Translations under genes and position numbers: made by a program
Notes under the pieces: generated by a model
What the model saw: the letters and a program-made list of their open reading frames with translations, nothing else
What the model was told of the DNA's origin: nothing
The model's database searches: none
NCBI RefSeq assembly: GCF_009834535.1
Contig: NC_045697.1
Span: 50,656,001 to 50,720,000 of the forward strand
DNA length: 64,000 bases
Direction of reading: 5' to 3'
From: Camelus ferus
Lineage: Eukaryota
Shown: positions 41,044 to 53,712 of the stretch, piece by piece
How the letters are laid out: every line of letters begins with the position of its first letter
Numbering within the stretch: the first letter of the stretch is position 1

Positions 41044-42289
41044 ATAAAATCTCCTCATAGTAACTGAGGAAATAGATATTCAAAATATACACATTTTAAA
41101 GATTAGGAAAATAAGTCACATGTGCTATGCCTGCTAAGAAATTTGGACTGAAAGCAAAAGAGAAGCCTTGAATGTTTGTACATAGATGAATGATATCATT
41201 GTAATTGTATTTTAGCAGGATAATTCTTGCAGCAATGAAGGTGAAATATGAGGGGTAAATTCAAAAAGGGGGCAAAGCTCTTTGAGAAATGATTATCTAC
41301 TCTCATACCAATGTATCTCTGCATCACCCCTTACGTGTACTCCACATTTACAGAATGATAAACTCTTCTCTAACATGCAATACTCATTCAGACTTTAGGG
41401 TGTTTGCACCCACTTCTTCTTTTTTTTTTTTTTTTTTTTTTTTTTGCAGTTTCATACTTCCCATAACCAACTCTTCCTTCAAGATCAAGCTCATCTGTTG
41501 GTCCCTGCAGGAAGCAATTACTTACATGTCATTTCCCTTTACGTAGTAGCATGATATGGTAGAAAGATCAAGGGGTTGGGAATCAGCCAAATTTCTCTGC
41601 CTTTAATGTATGACCTTGAGCAAGTTCTTTAAGGCTTTTCAGATTGCTTCCTCAATTGTTAAATGGGAATAATTATCCTTGGCATCTATCAAGCCCTTGT
41701 GAGATGGTGACACTTATGATTATGTTTTTCCAGCTACCTAGTCTCCTCTTCCTCTTCTTATGGCATTTTATTTAATCTATACAAATATTTGTCATGTTAG
41801 ATTGGAATTATCTTAGCCTGTGAGCGAGGGTGGAGACTCATTTTTGGATCCCAGTCTATAGCACAATTTCTGGCACAGAACACGATGCCTGTCATAGAAT
41901 ATATGTTGAAATGAATGATGTGGGCCTATCCTGGGGGTAGTTAGAGAATAGATAAATATCTGACAGTTATATGGGGAGCACTGTAGGAGTTGATGACTGC
42001 AATACTCATTGCCTAATCAGCAGTGATGGTCTGATGCTTAGAATGAACATCAGACTGATGGCACTCAATAGGCTTCACCAGCATCAAGTTTACTTAGCTT
42101 TTCAAAAGGACACAGAAAGATGCAACACTGCATGTGAAAGGCACTATGATCAATGGACTGTGTGGATGTTTTGGTCAGCATTATTAGGATTTTGTTTATG
42201 TAAAAAGAAACTGAACAATTTTAAGTGTAAAATTTGATGACTTTTGACAAAACTAGTTCTTACCAACCATCATACACATTTAAGATTTC

Positions 42290-44170
42290 TACGTTGCCTT
42301 GAATAATTGAGCATTTATCATTGTGAAATGACTCTTTACTACCAGCAATAGTTCTTGTTCTGAAATCTGCATATATTATAGACATCCAGTTTCACTTTGA
42401 TTAATGTTAATACGGTAAATCTTTTTAAATTCTCTTACTTTTAAACTATCCAGATCTTTATATTTAAAATAAGTTATTGTATTAACATATGTTTAAATTT
42501 TGTTTTTCTATAGACTGATAGTCATGACCTTTCATTGGAGCATTTATCTCATTTACATTTAATATGATTCTCTGGAGGATTGGGTTTATATTTACCATTA
42601 TTCTATTTTATCTCCTGTTTGTCTCATACACCCTGATAATTCTGCTTCTTTTTCTGCTTGCCATCTTTTAAATTAATTACTATTTTATTTTAACATTTCA
42701 TTTAATAGTATTACCAGTATTACCTTATTAGTTATCCCCTTTAAAGAATTTCTCTGGGGTTTATCAGTGTCTACCTTAACATAAGGTGCCTTCACAGACA
42801 GTGTAATAATCTTACAGCAGTATACTTCCTTTTCCCTCTCCCTGACTCTTTGCTATTGTCACACATTTTACTTCTTCATATGTTATAAACTTCACAATAC
42901 ATTGTTGCTATTTTTGCCTTAAATAGTCAATTTTTGGCAGACTTTTAAATAATATAAATATCTTTTATATTCATGTCCGTATTTCCTATTCCAGATGCTC
43001 TTCTTTCTTTGTATCCAAGTTTCTATCTGGTATTATTTTACTTCTGCCTGGAAGACTTCTTTTAACATTGTTGGGCTGCTGGTAATAAATTCTTCTCATC
43101 TTTTGTATGTCTGAAAAAAATCTTTATTTCATCATTTTGAAAAGTTTTTTTTTTTTTTTTTTTTTTTTTTTTAGTTTAGAATTCCAGGTTAATCAGCACT
43201 TTTCAGAATTTTAAAGATGCTATTTCATTGTCTCCTGGGATGCATGGTTTCTGATGTGATGAGCAGTCTGCTCTCTTTCTCATCTTTGTTCTTCTGTTCA
43301 GAGTATGGGTTTTTAACTCTGGCTGCTTTAAAATTTACTTTTTGTCACTGATGTGTATGCGTGCACTTTGATTATAATGTGTCTTAGTTTTATTTTATCT
43401 GTGTTTTTACTGCTTGAGGATTATTGAGCTTCCTGGATATAATTTTCATCAGATTTGGAAAAATTTTGGCTACTATTTCTTCAAATTTTTTTCTGGCTCC
43501 CCTTCACCCCACCACTTTCTGAGACTCCAATTCTATGTGTGTTAGGCTGTGTGATATTGTCCCCTGGTTCACTGATGACCTCTTCATTTTAAAAATCTTC
43601 TCTTTCTGTGATTCATTTTCAATACTTTCTATCACTGTGTCTTCAAGTTCACTAAATTTTTCTTCTGCAATGTCTAATCTGCTGGGAATTCAGCCAGTGT
43701 ATTTTTTATTTCAGTTATTGCATTTTTACCCTCTAAATTTTTCACTTGGGTGGTTTTTATTCCTTCCATTTCTCTCCTCATCGTGTTCTTCCTTTCAACC
43801 AGTTTTTGAATCTATGGATTATATTAATAATAACTGTTTTAACATCCTTGTCTACTAATCTATTACTGGCCATTCCTGGTTTTCTGTTTTTCTCCTCCTA
43901 GAAATAGTGATACTTTTTTGCTTCTTTGTATGGTTCGTAATTTTTGATTGGATGTCAAATGTTGTGAATTTTTTGTTTGTTATAAATATAATTATATATT
44001 TCATATTACTTTAAGTATTTTTTCACTTTGTTCTGGGATGCAGCTAGGTAACTTGGGGTCAATTTGACTTTGAAGGCTAGATTTTAAAATATCTTAGTGT
44101 GGGTTCAAAAAACCCCTTAGATAAGGATTAATTTGACCCCGCCGCTGAGGTAATACTTTTCTGAAGACTC
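42290..44170 (-). mobile_element. Ancient antisense L1 (ORF1/ORF2 5' region)
   Basis: T-rich with L1M landmarks (ataaattcttctc...tgtctgaaaaa...tttggaaaaattttggctactatttcttcaaat). Confidence 0.65.
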
Positions 44171-47100
44171 TACCTTTGAGCCTGATATGTGCTTTGAATT
44201 AGGACAATTTTCAATTGCCTAGGATAACATATATGATGATATTCTGTTTTTGTAATAGAATTTTTAAAAATTCAATGTAATTATACATTACTAGTCACTA
44301 GACAAACTGAAAATTTTTATATTACAAAGGACTTTCTGAATAATACATTTATCCAGGATATAATCTTTTTTGTCACATCTTTACAGCCATTTTCCCCTCT
44401 ATCTTACATAAATATCCATTACAAACATAGATGGAAAATAGACAAAGCTTTATGAGATAAGAAGCAGTTAGCTCAGTTGTGTGCCTTATAATAATTACAG
44501 TTAAAACAAAAGCAAAGCCAGTGGTGGTTATTTTAAATTCTGAGCTTTCAACTTGCCCTTATAAAAGTTCAAACCCTACTGTCCTCCAAATTACTTTCTT
44601 GAATCTTCAAGCATTGAGTGGTGACTCTGAATTTTGCTCCATAAACTTGAGTGCACAGGAAAATTTAAATTTCTTTAGTTCTTTAAAACAGATTAAAATT
44701 TAATCCTATCCCACGAAAAAGAAAATTATTCAATCTCAGTCATTACTGTGGTTCCCTGATCACACTCCTTGGTAGTGCAAAGGTCCCAAGTGATTTATGC
44801 AGAGCAAAGCATCCAGGAACATCCCTTTGGACTTTGGTTTAAACTTGTTTTCTATAAAAGGATAAACATTGGCATGGTCATTTGAATTGCAGCACTGTGC
44901 AACTTTTTCCATTCTGTAGCACAGAAATTGTTGCTATGGTTGATAATACCAGTGCTCACCAGTCTTCTAAGTACAGAATCCAGCCTTTCTTTCATATTCT
45001 TGTTACCTCCTTGGAAGGAGAGAGCTGAGAGAAAAAGCAAAATTGTTAATCTTGGCAGTGTGTTGAACTGTGACAGTCCCTTTTTCCTTCCTACTCTTCC
45101 ATCTCTGTGGTATTCAACAGAGAACTAAGTGAAGATGAAGGGCTGATCATGAGTTCAAAGAGAAAGGGAGATGCAGAGAGTTGTGAGAAAAAGGGAATAA
45201 AAAAAATGAAAGATCTTTAAGAGAAAGAAAAGAGAAGCAAGTCCAAGGGATATGAAGTTCTTTCATCAGCTTTGAATTGGTCTTTAGAGCAACTGGTGGT
45301 CCAAGATTCATGAATGGAGACTTTGAAACAGAAAGTAAAATTAAGAGTAGCCAAATGGTAGAATGGAGACAGGAGCCACTTCTGTGTTCTATTGCCATTC
45401 TTGTTCTGTGTTTTCTTCTTGCTTCTTTTGGATGTTTACCAAACTAACATCAAGATAATGTGGGACATGGACTAAACTGTCTCTTCCTTTCCACAGTGGG
45501 GGTAGAGTTCTGAGGTTACATACATTAAATGATGGATTCATTTATTAAGCCATGCCTATGTTTTCAAGATTAGGTGAGTCACTGAGATCCAGAAATCAAA
45601 ATATATACCCCTTAGTTCACAAGAGCCACAGTTTGGTTGAGCAAAGAAGGATGTCAGCAGGCAATAATAATATAATATTTATGCCAGATATTATATATAT
45701 GAGCTAAGGATAAAAATAGGAGCAAAATACTGTCACTGTTCTTACAGAGTTTAAATTCTAAAAGAGAATAGACAAATAGAGGGGGGAATAAAGTGTATCA
45801 TGTTATGGAAGATTCCACATGGGGTCCAGTACTGCCCTCAGGCTCGGGAAAAAGGGGACCTTTGACCGTAACCAAATTTTCAGAAGGCTACCCTATCAGC
45901 AACATATAAAAAGTAAATGTACCAGAGAACATACGGGAACCTCTACCACATAAGGAACCAGAGCCCAGTGTGGGCATTGAATGACCTTTAACATCCTAAA
46001 AATCCTTAACCCTAAATACCCACTCTCTTGACTGACATAGTACAGTCCCAGGGCTGAGTTGTTCCAGGGTAACAAATTGGGGAGGCTAAGGAATGATAAA
46101 TGTGGCGGTTGGACTCCCTTCCATTCTCTTCTGCCCTGGAATGCCTATGAAGAGCTGGAGATGTTTTTTAAAAAACAGAATTTTCACAGGGGTACTTGGG
46201 CTAAGAAGCTTGGGGGAACTCAAAAGATCATACTCTTGTGACCAATAATTTTCCTATCTTCTCAATAAACATGACCTGAAGGAATCTGTCCACTGTGTAT
46301 TTTCTCATTTATTGTGGAAGATCAGTGATTGTCTAGATAATTTATCATAAGCAACCCATTATAATGTGTGAACATGATGTAAAATTCATGGTTCATTTTT
46401 TAATCTAATTAATGCTTCAGAAATCTTATTGACAATTCAAGTCACTGCATTAGCAAAGTGAAATCTCTAATTAAAATGAATAATAAAACTATCTAAGGAT
46501 TAATAATTCAAGTCACATCTACTTTGGCATGACTGTCTGTAGAACACAAATTATGTGAAAATTTTAATTACAAAAACTTAAGAATTAATTTTGCTGAAAT
46601 GTAGACAAGAAAAATAAATTTTATACCACTAATACAGTATAACTCATGGATCATGTACATCTTTATTTTGTATGCATCCAAACATGGCCTGGACAATCAC
46701 AGAACACCCAGATACGTGGAATAATTAAATTCAGCTATCTTTGCTATTCTATTTACTCTCATCATATAAAATCCATAAGCTTTCTGTATTTTTTTAACAT
46801 GCTTTGATATACATTTGTCAAGGTAGGAAGACAGAACTATTTTATTTAACATTTTGTTAGCTTGTTTAGAAAGTTTCAAATATTTAGGCAGGAGAATATG
46901 GGCCTCTCTCTGAACCTTCCTTCAAGACCTCACCCACATTAGATATGGGCCTGAGTGCATTGATATTGGGGAAATGCATTTGGGGAAGGATTCCTGGAAA
47001 GGTATCCTAGAAAAGATGACTGAGGAAATGAATTTTGGGGGGAAAAAGTTGAGTAATATAATAATGTATTTTAATTTGTGCTCAATTTGATACCCCTTTG

Positions 47101-50100
47101 GGACTTACTGCTTTTTGGAAACAAGAATTATTTATCTAATATTTTTATCTACACACAGAATTCATTTTATAATGCTTGGAATGCAACAGTCCATAATGGC
47201 TTGAAATAGGACATTCTTGAGAAGAAAGAGAAATGGAGTACAGGTAATAAGTTTTAATGGTTAAGACCTCAGATGGGAAGGTTATATTAAGGGATGTAAT
47301 GCGTGTTTTTCTTTCAAGAATACTTTCTTGGCCAATTAATAAATGTTATTTTCACTATAATCAATTCTTGATAACATAATACAACACAGCATTATTAGGA
47401 AAAGCAAAGAATTATCATCGTGCCTTCAGTGGTTCCTCAGAGTATCCTTGAAAACTTCTTCAGTGGGACACAGACCTAGTTTTCAGTGGTTTAATAACCT
47501 AACTTTACACACTTGCTCTAAGTTAATTTGGTCTGATTTTAAGCAAATCTCTTTCATAATTAAATAAAAAAACACTAGTTAGTTCCATTTATCGGAGCTC
47601 TCTAGGTGTAGAAATTTCAACAGCAGGAAGGAAGTTTATTTCTCAACTTCTACTTATTACTCAAGAGGCATCAAATTGCACATGAATTAACAGCAGGAAA
47701 GTAATTGTCATTTCCTGGTGTGAGACTGCCACAGTTAAGGCAAAAGGCTGACCTGGTCATCATGTGTCTTGGGATTTGCTCCCTGACAACTGAGCCTTGT
47801 CGTGTTCAGTTTATAGGAACCACGTCACTCTATTAAGTAGAGAGGAATCCAGATCTTAGAGCAAGGATATGGGGTCAGTCGTCTTGCCAAGTACATCTTT
47901 GGTACCTAACCTTTGGCTACTGCTAGCTTCTCGTTGACTGGAATTGCCACAGGACATGCTTCTTGGGCTACTGGCTCAACAAACCAAAATATCAGCAAAA
48001 TGAATAGTGCTGCACAATATGCATTACTTTGAACATACAATGTTATGGGGGAAAAAATCAGCAGGGCTTAGCCTGAAGCCTCAGACTGGCCAGCCTCGCG
48101 TCCACCAAGAGGAGCAAAAATGAAACAAGAGGAGGAACAGTCTGACCTTGGCGGGGAAGACAACAGGCTGCCCACAGACTCGAGATCATGTTGTTCCCCT
48201 CTTTCTGTTGAAATGTCTGGCCCATGACAAATTTATGCAAATGTAACATGGAAAATAATTTCTCGAAGACAACTTCTTTGTGCCAAATGTTTCCCTGGTT
48301 TTCTTTGGCTTTCTTAGACTATGGATGATAATTAGCTTATTTTAGAGTCTAGCCCTTCCAGTTTTCCTCCAGGCTAGGGTCAAGGAGTGTTTATTTCACA
48401 GAAAGGCTAAGGCCTTACGTGCAGTGGGGGAGTGAGAGAGGCCCCGGGGTCAGGGTGAGAACTCAGGGCAGTTTCCCTGATACTCTATACCTTTCTCCCA
48501 CTCCTCCTCCCATTTCAAAGTGGCCAGAGTTCACTCAAGGAATAGTAACTGTCGTCTAAACCGGGGAACAGAGATGCCTGTCCTTTGAGGGGTAAAACCA
48601 CTTCACTTTATTCAAGACCCTACTCAAAAAACTCCTCTTGGGGAACAGGATATGCACTCTGACAGCCTAGAGTGGAACATAGTCATAGTTTTATTAAAAG
48701 AGAAATGCAGAAGAAGTAAATCTTCTGTAATTGCAGAGCAATCATCCCAGGGGAACCGTAGGAGCTCACCCTTGGTCAGGGAGGGTTTCCTGTTGTTGCT
48801 TACTGTCATTGCTGGTCTCAAGCCAGCTCATCCCACTGCAAGAACTGAGTGTAAAGTTATTAATTCTGTTAGGCAGCTATTAACTTTTGGAAGCATAAAT
48901 TTGGCCATGACGGGGTGCTTACACCATGGAAATCAGCAAATGCTATAAATCTGGGCTTTTTTTTTTTTTGAAAGCTGCTTTACTGACACGTTACACACCA
49001 CACACATATACAATTCCTCTCAGATCTGCATGAACACAGTCTCCTTTCCCCTCCCCTTCTATAGCCTAGATCCTCTGCCCCACTGTCCTCTGCTCCTATA
49101 TCTGGACCTTTTTTTCCTCTTAGCTGTCCTTTTCTCTCTCATTCTTGATTTTTCCCCTCGACTTTACAATTCAGACGTTCATACACAGAAGATTCTTGGG
49201 AGTTTGTTCTCACTGGACTGATCAGCAAAAACCACATGTTTCTGTTTGTTTTTTGTTTTTGTTCTTGTTTTTTGCACAAGCCAAAGCTCTAGAGAAATGC
49301 TATAAGATGAAAAAAATTTTCCCTCTGGAATCATAAACCTGGACACTCCTGCCTAAATGTCCCAGGGCTGGTGAGGCATTCTGTTGTACCTGAATTACTA
49401 TTAGTAGACACCAAGTGGGAATTCTCAATGACTGACTCTCCCAATCTGCCTCAGTCCCAGAACATGCTGTTTTTTCTGAGCAACAATTGAGGTCTGTAAG
49501 TCTTAGGAGGAAAAGTGTGTATTTGTGGGTGGCTTAAATATTCCTATGTGAATGTGAAACAAGATAGTATTTTAGAAATGAAAGAACCTTGGAAATAATC
49601 TCATCTAATTTGCTTATTAATCTGGTGAGTAACCAGAGGAACAGAGAGATACTAGCAGAACCAGGACCAGAATTCATATCCTGTCTCCTGCGTCTGGGAA
49701 TTTTCCAATCTGCAACAATGCCTATTTTTAAAATATTATAACCAGGGCCAAGGTAATGTTTATCCAACTCAACAAATACTTTCTTTGACTATCAGATCTC
49801 TATATATCTGCACTTATTTATGCTAGACTAGGAGTTGGGGGCTCCAGACAAGTTCCCCACGTTTCTAGAGCTTTCTTCTGAGAACCAAGACTATTTGTGT
49901 TAGCATGACTTAGCTCTGTGTTCCAGGAAATTCTTACTTCAAAAATAAAACTGTCATCCAATGGGGAACTTTATTGTTTGCTTCAGGAAATTCTGGTAAG
50001 TCAGTTTATCCGGGTCAGTGATCTGCTCATCTCGGCTAAGTGCTCATGTATCAGGTAAGAGGCTGCTTATCAAGATTCCTGTCCAGATTGTCACCTCACC

Positions 50101-50217
50101 TGTCCACCAATCCAAATTACTATGTCAGCAACTTTGCCCAGTTCCAGGCAATTCTCATGAATGACCTGTTTTAAACTTCTTTTTATCCCAGTCCCCCTAA
50201 TATCCTTCTTCGAGGCA

Positions 50218-50602
50218 CTACGACTCTGTCCAAATACTCTTCACCATGTTGCATAAGTCTTTTACCTTTTCCTGATCAAAAGGTTTCTGTTGTTGATATT
50301 TCTGAGGAGGTGGCAGTCGACTTGTGCTGGAGAAGAGGATGTGAGAGGAGGGTATATGTTTCTCATGGCCTGTTCGGGTGTAATAGGGGAGTTCATTTGC
50401 CACGTTCTACAGCGAGGTAACTGGCCCTGCAAATGTCTGGCTGCATGTTGTTTTACAAACTTGGCAGCACACAGAGGTTTCCTGTGACATTCCAATTAAA
50501 AAATGTTCTACCCTCCAGTGCATACCAAGGATTGGACAGACTACTCTCTGATTCTAAAAGTGTGGTGTCAGAATTCATCAGAGTTTGCAAGAGTGGGTGA
50601 TT
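50218..50602 (-). pseudogene. Probable CXCL15 (lungkine) last-exon remnant
   Basis: One frame reads *NQRVVCPILGMHW...QTFAGPVTSL*NVANELPYYTRTGHEKHIPSSHILFSSTSR. It aligns with recalled mouse Cxcl15 KNGSMICLDPDAPW...KEFPPAMKLLYSVEHEKPLYLSFG...RETSR. TAG stops at 50556-50554 and 50409-50407. Candidate acceptor ttcttctacttgcgttcag at 50603. Position and strand fit mouse synteny. Exons 1-2 not found. Confidence 0.55.
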
Positions 50603-53580
50603 CTGAACGCAAGTAGAAGAAAGACAGTCATTGGAGGAGCAAATCCAAGAAGCCACAAAACATTAACATTATCCCAAACTAGATGGGAAAGTTTTTGATT
50701 TTATGGGATTTTAAAAACTATTGTCATTATGTATTTTGCTTAGGATTTAAGCCACTGTTTTCTCTGAATACTTTTGTGTGAAATGCTGCCCCGTGCCTCC
50801 ATTGAAAGTGCTATCTGTGGCCTGAACTATAGTAACCACAAGCACCAAGCTACGGGGGACCCTGGACTGGTCACATGAGGTGGCCTCTGGGAGGCTTCAG
50901 CATGGCCTGGACGACACAGCCCTCAAAGCCCTCTACCTCCTTTGCCTTTAATCCCATCCAATCTTTGATAACAAGACATTTAGCACAAAATACCTTCTGG
51001 TTAGAAGATAGCAACCTATGGGCTAGATTAGGACATTGGCATTTTGGATTTAAAAAAAACTGCTACCCTATTCACTGTGGTTTAAGCCAAATTGAATTTG
51101 TTAGTTAGAAATATAGCTATAAAATTGACTTAATAATTTGTATAAATATCAATTTCTCAAAGAAGAATTATACACATACTTATTATGCACCTGCTAAGTT
51201 TAGCATTTTCTACGTACACTTGCTCTGAAAGACGGGTCCAGCCCTTGTCCCAAAAGAGTTTACGGTGTAGGTGGGAGACCAGCTGACACCTCCCCTGACA
51301 CCTGATAGCAATTCCAGGTAAACTGCCTTAAGTGCTGTAAGAATTCAGACTAGGAGCCACCTCACAGCTGCCCAAAATTCCCTTATGAGGTCAGAAGTCA
51401 GAATCTCATTCTTGTTAAGTAGAATTCACTCAATCAAAAAATATGTATTGAGTGCCTACTATGTTCAAGGCAGTGTTTAGGAATTTGAGTGAATAAAATA
51501 GATAGAAATCTCTGCCCTCACGGAGCTCACATTCTAGTGGGTCTTGGTATACCTGCTTTGGTACTGGGTTCATCTTCCCATGCGTGGCCATGTCCCAGGA
51601 TGCTTTGCGGCACTCAAGGTGAGCGTGATGGTTGAAGGGAGCAAGATGAGTCACGAGAACTGGCATGGGGACCCATCCTCAGAAAGGAAGCACAGAGCAA
51701 GGAAGGAGAAATTATTTCCTCTTACAATTTACCTTAAGCATGTTCTTGACCATTTCTAATCCAAAGTAGTAATTCATGGACCCGGCACACTTTCACTTTT
51801 TATAAGGGCTGTCTTTTGTATATACCATCCTGAAAACTATGTGAGAGGCTCCGTGGGGAGACTGGAGCCTGGTGGGGTCTGCTGGATCTGGGTCTGAAGA
51901 ACTGGGTCCGGGGCCTCAGCTCTGTAACTACTAGCTGTGTGACCACGGGCCAGTTAGCCTCTCTGTTACTCGTGACAGATCATTCTGAAAACTCCAAAGT
52001 GTTTCGCAAATGTGCAAGATCACTAATACATAAACATATTCATGTCCAGGTTTGTAGGTCTTGAGGTTACAGTAGAGGTCGCTATAAAGAACAACAGCTG
52101 GGCAATGCTGAAAAGAGTGGGGATTCAAATATACATTGAGTGTCTGCTCGATTCTATGTGCTGCAGGGTGCAGGCTTTTTCTGTGGATTAGTGTGTTGGA
52201 GTCTCACACCTGGTAACCTCACCAGGCAGGATTATCAATCCTTCATCTATGAGTTAACTGGGATTCAGAGAGGTTGCTCTTAGTCACACAGGCAGCAAGT
52301 AGGGGAGCTTGGATTCTAAGTCAGAGCAGTGTGACATGTGAAGCTCTTCCACCTGGGCCAGGCAGCTGCCCTTGGGCACCAAGTGGTCCTGTCACAATGC
52401 TTGATTAAAATACCGTTTCCCTGAAACAAAGAAATGATGGTTGTTGTTGTTTTTTGCCAGAGGAAACATTTTGAGCATATTTAAATATATACTAGGATCA
52501 TTTCTTTTCTTTAAAAATTTTTTAAACAATTTATTTGGTTATGAATATATGACTTTTTTTTTTACTTGTTTTTCAGCTTTATTGAGGTATAATCAGGAAG
52601 ATTGTAAAATATTTAAAGTGTACATTGTGATGATTTGATATGTGTATAAATTGTGAAAGGATCCCTCCCATCTAGTTAATTAACACGTCCATCACCTCAC
52701 ACACTTTTTTTTTTGTAAGAACATACAAGTTCTACTCTCTTAGCAAATTTCAGTTACACAGCACAGTATTATCAACTAGTCACCACGTTATACATTAGAT
52801 TCTCTGGCTTATTTTTTTTTCTTCAAATATTTATCTGGAATCAAATGTCTGGCATTTATCTGGCTATTTCAATTATTTTCAAACATATGAGATAGTATAA
52901 TAGTGATTTCATTCATAGATTTGAGACTGATTTTAGACTATTATTGTAAGTAGATCTAAGTCTTCTAAAAATGAGAAACAATTCATGTGAAAAATATAAT
53001 AGAATTTCTGTGACACCCTAATAATGATACCTATCATTTATTGAGTATATAATCTGTATTAGATAATGAGCTAAATGGCTTAAAAAATGTACCTTAATGA
53101 GCCCTCAGCCCTCTTCTGGGTTCCTTCCATCACCTTTGTTTTAGAGGTGAGGGAACAGAGGCAGAGAGAGCAGCGTGGTCACGCAGTGAGGAAGCTGTGT
53201 GGTGGATTCAAGCACGGGAGGACTTTTTGTAGGTACTGCTCTTGGACGCCATGAGGCTCCAAGTGAGGGGACAAGGGCTACTCTGCTGAAGGCAACAATG
53301 AGCAGTATACACACGAAACTTCAAAAAACCTTAAATTGTGCAGATCCATGTTCTACAGGGTCATACAACTATGGAGACACTCTAAAAGAAAAAAGAAAAA
53401 TTACAGTGTAAAAATGAATCTTGGTTTTGAAAAAGAAAAAAATATATAAAAATATATACATAACAAATAAAAAATTTATGGGGCTGAAAAATACCACTAA
53501 AGAAAATTAAGATGATAGTGTGTGCTTATTAAATAACCACTTGCAACACCATTAAAATACTTCTACTATTCAGTTTTTCT

Positions 53581-53712
53581 TTTGGGGGGTAGTAATTAAG
53601 TATTTATTTATTTATTTATTTACTAATTTATTTTGTATAGAGGTACTGGGGGTTGAACCCAGGACCTCGTGCATGCTAAGCATGCACTCTACCACTGAGC
53701 TACACCCTCCCC
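53581..53712 (-). mobile_element. tRNA-derived camelid-type SINE (Vic-1-like)
   Basis: Same body as the other copies, with a (TAAA)n-containing tail. Confidence 0.82.

Noticed and set aside
44852..45040. Minus-strand GGNKN motif resembling a CXCL5/6 C-terminus
   Set aside because: Only five residues, no stop in the expected place and no upstream chemokine exons.
51700..51805. Minus-strand LEMVKNML..CKRK* as CXCL15 exon 2, or a TATA plus first exon
   Set aside because: No CXC motif, wrong spacing and no proper splice sites; similarity is at chance level.
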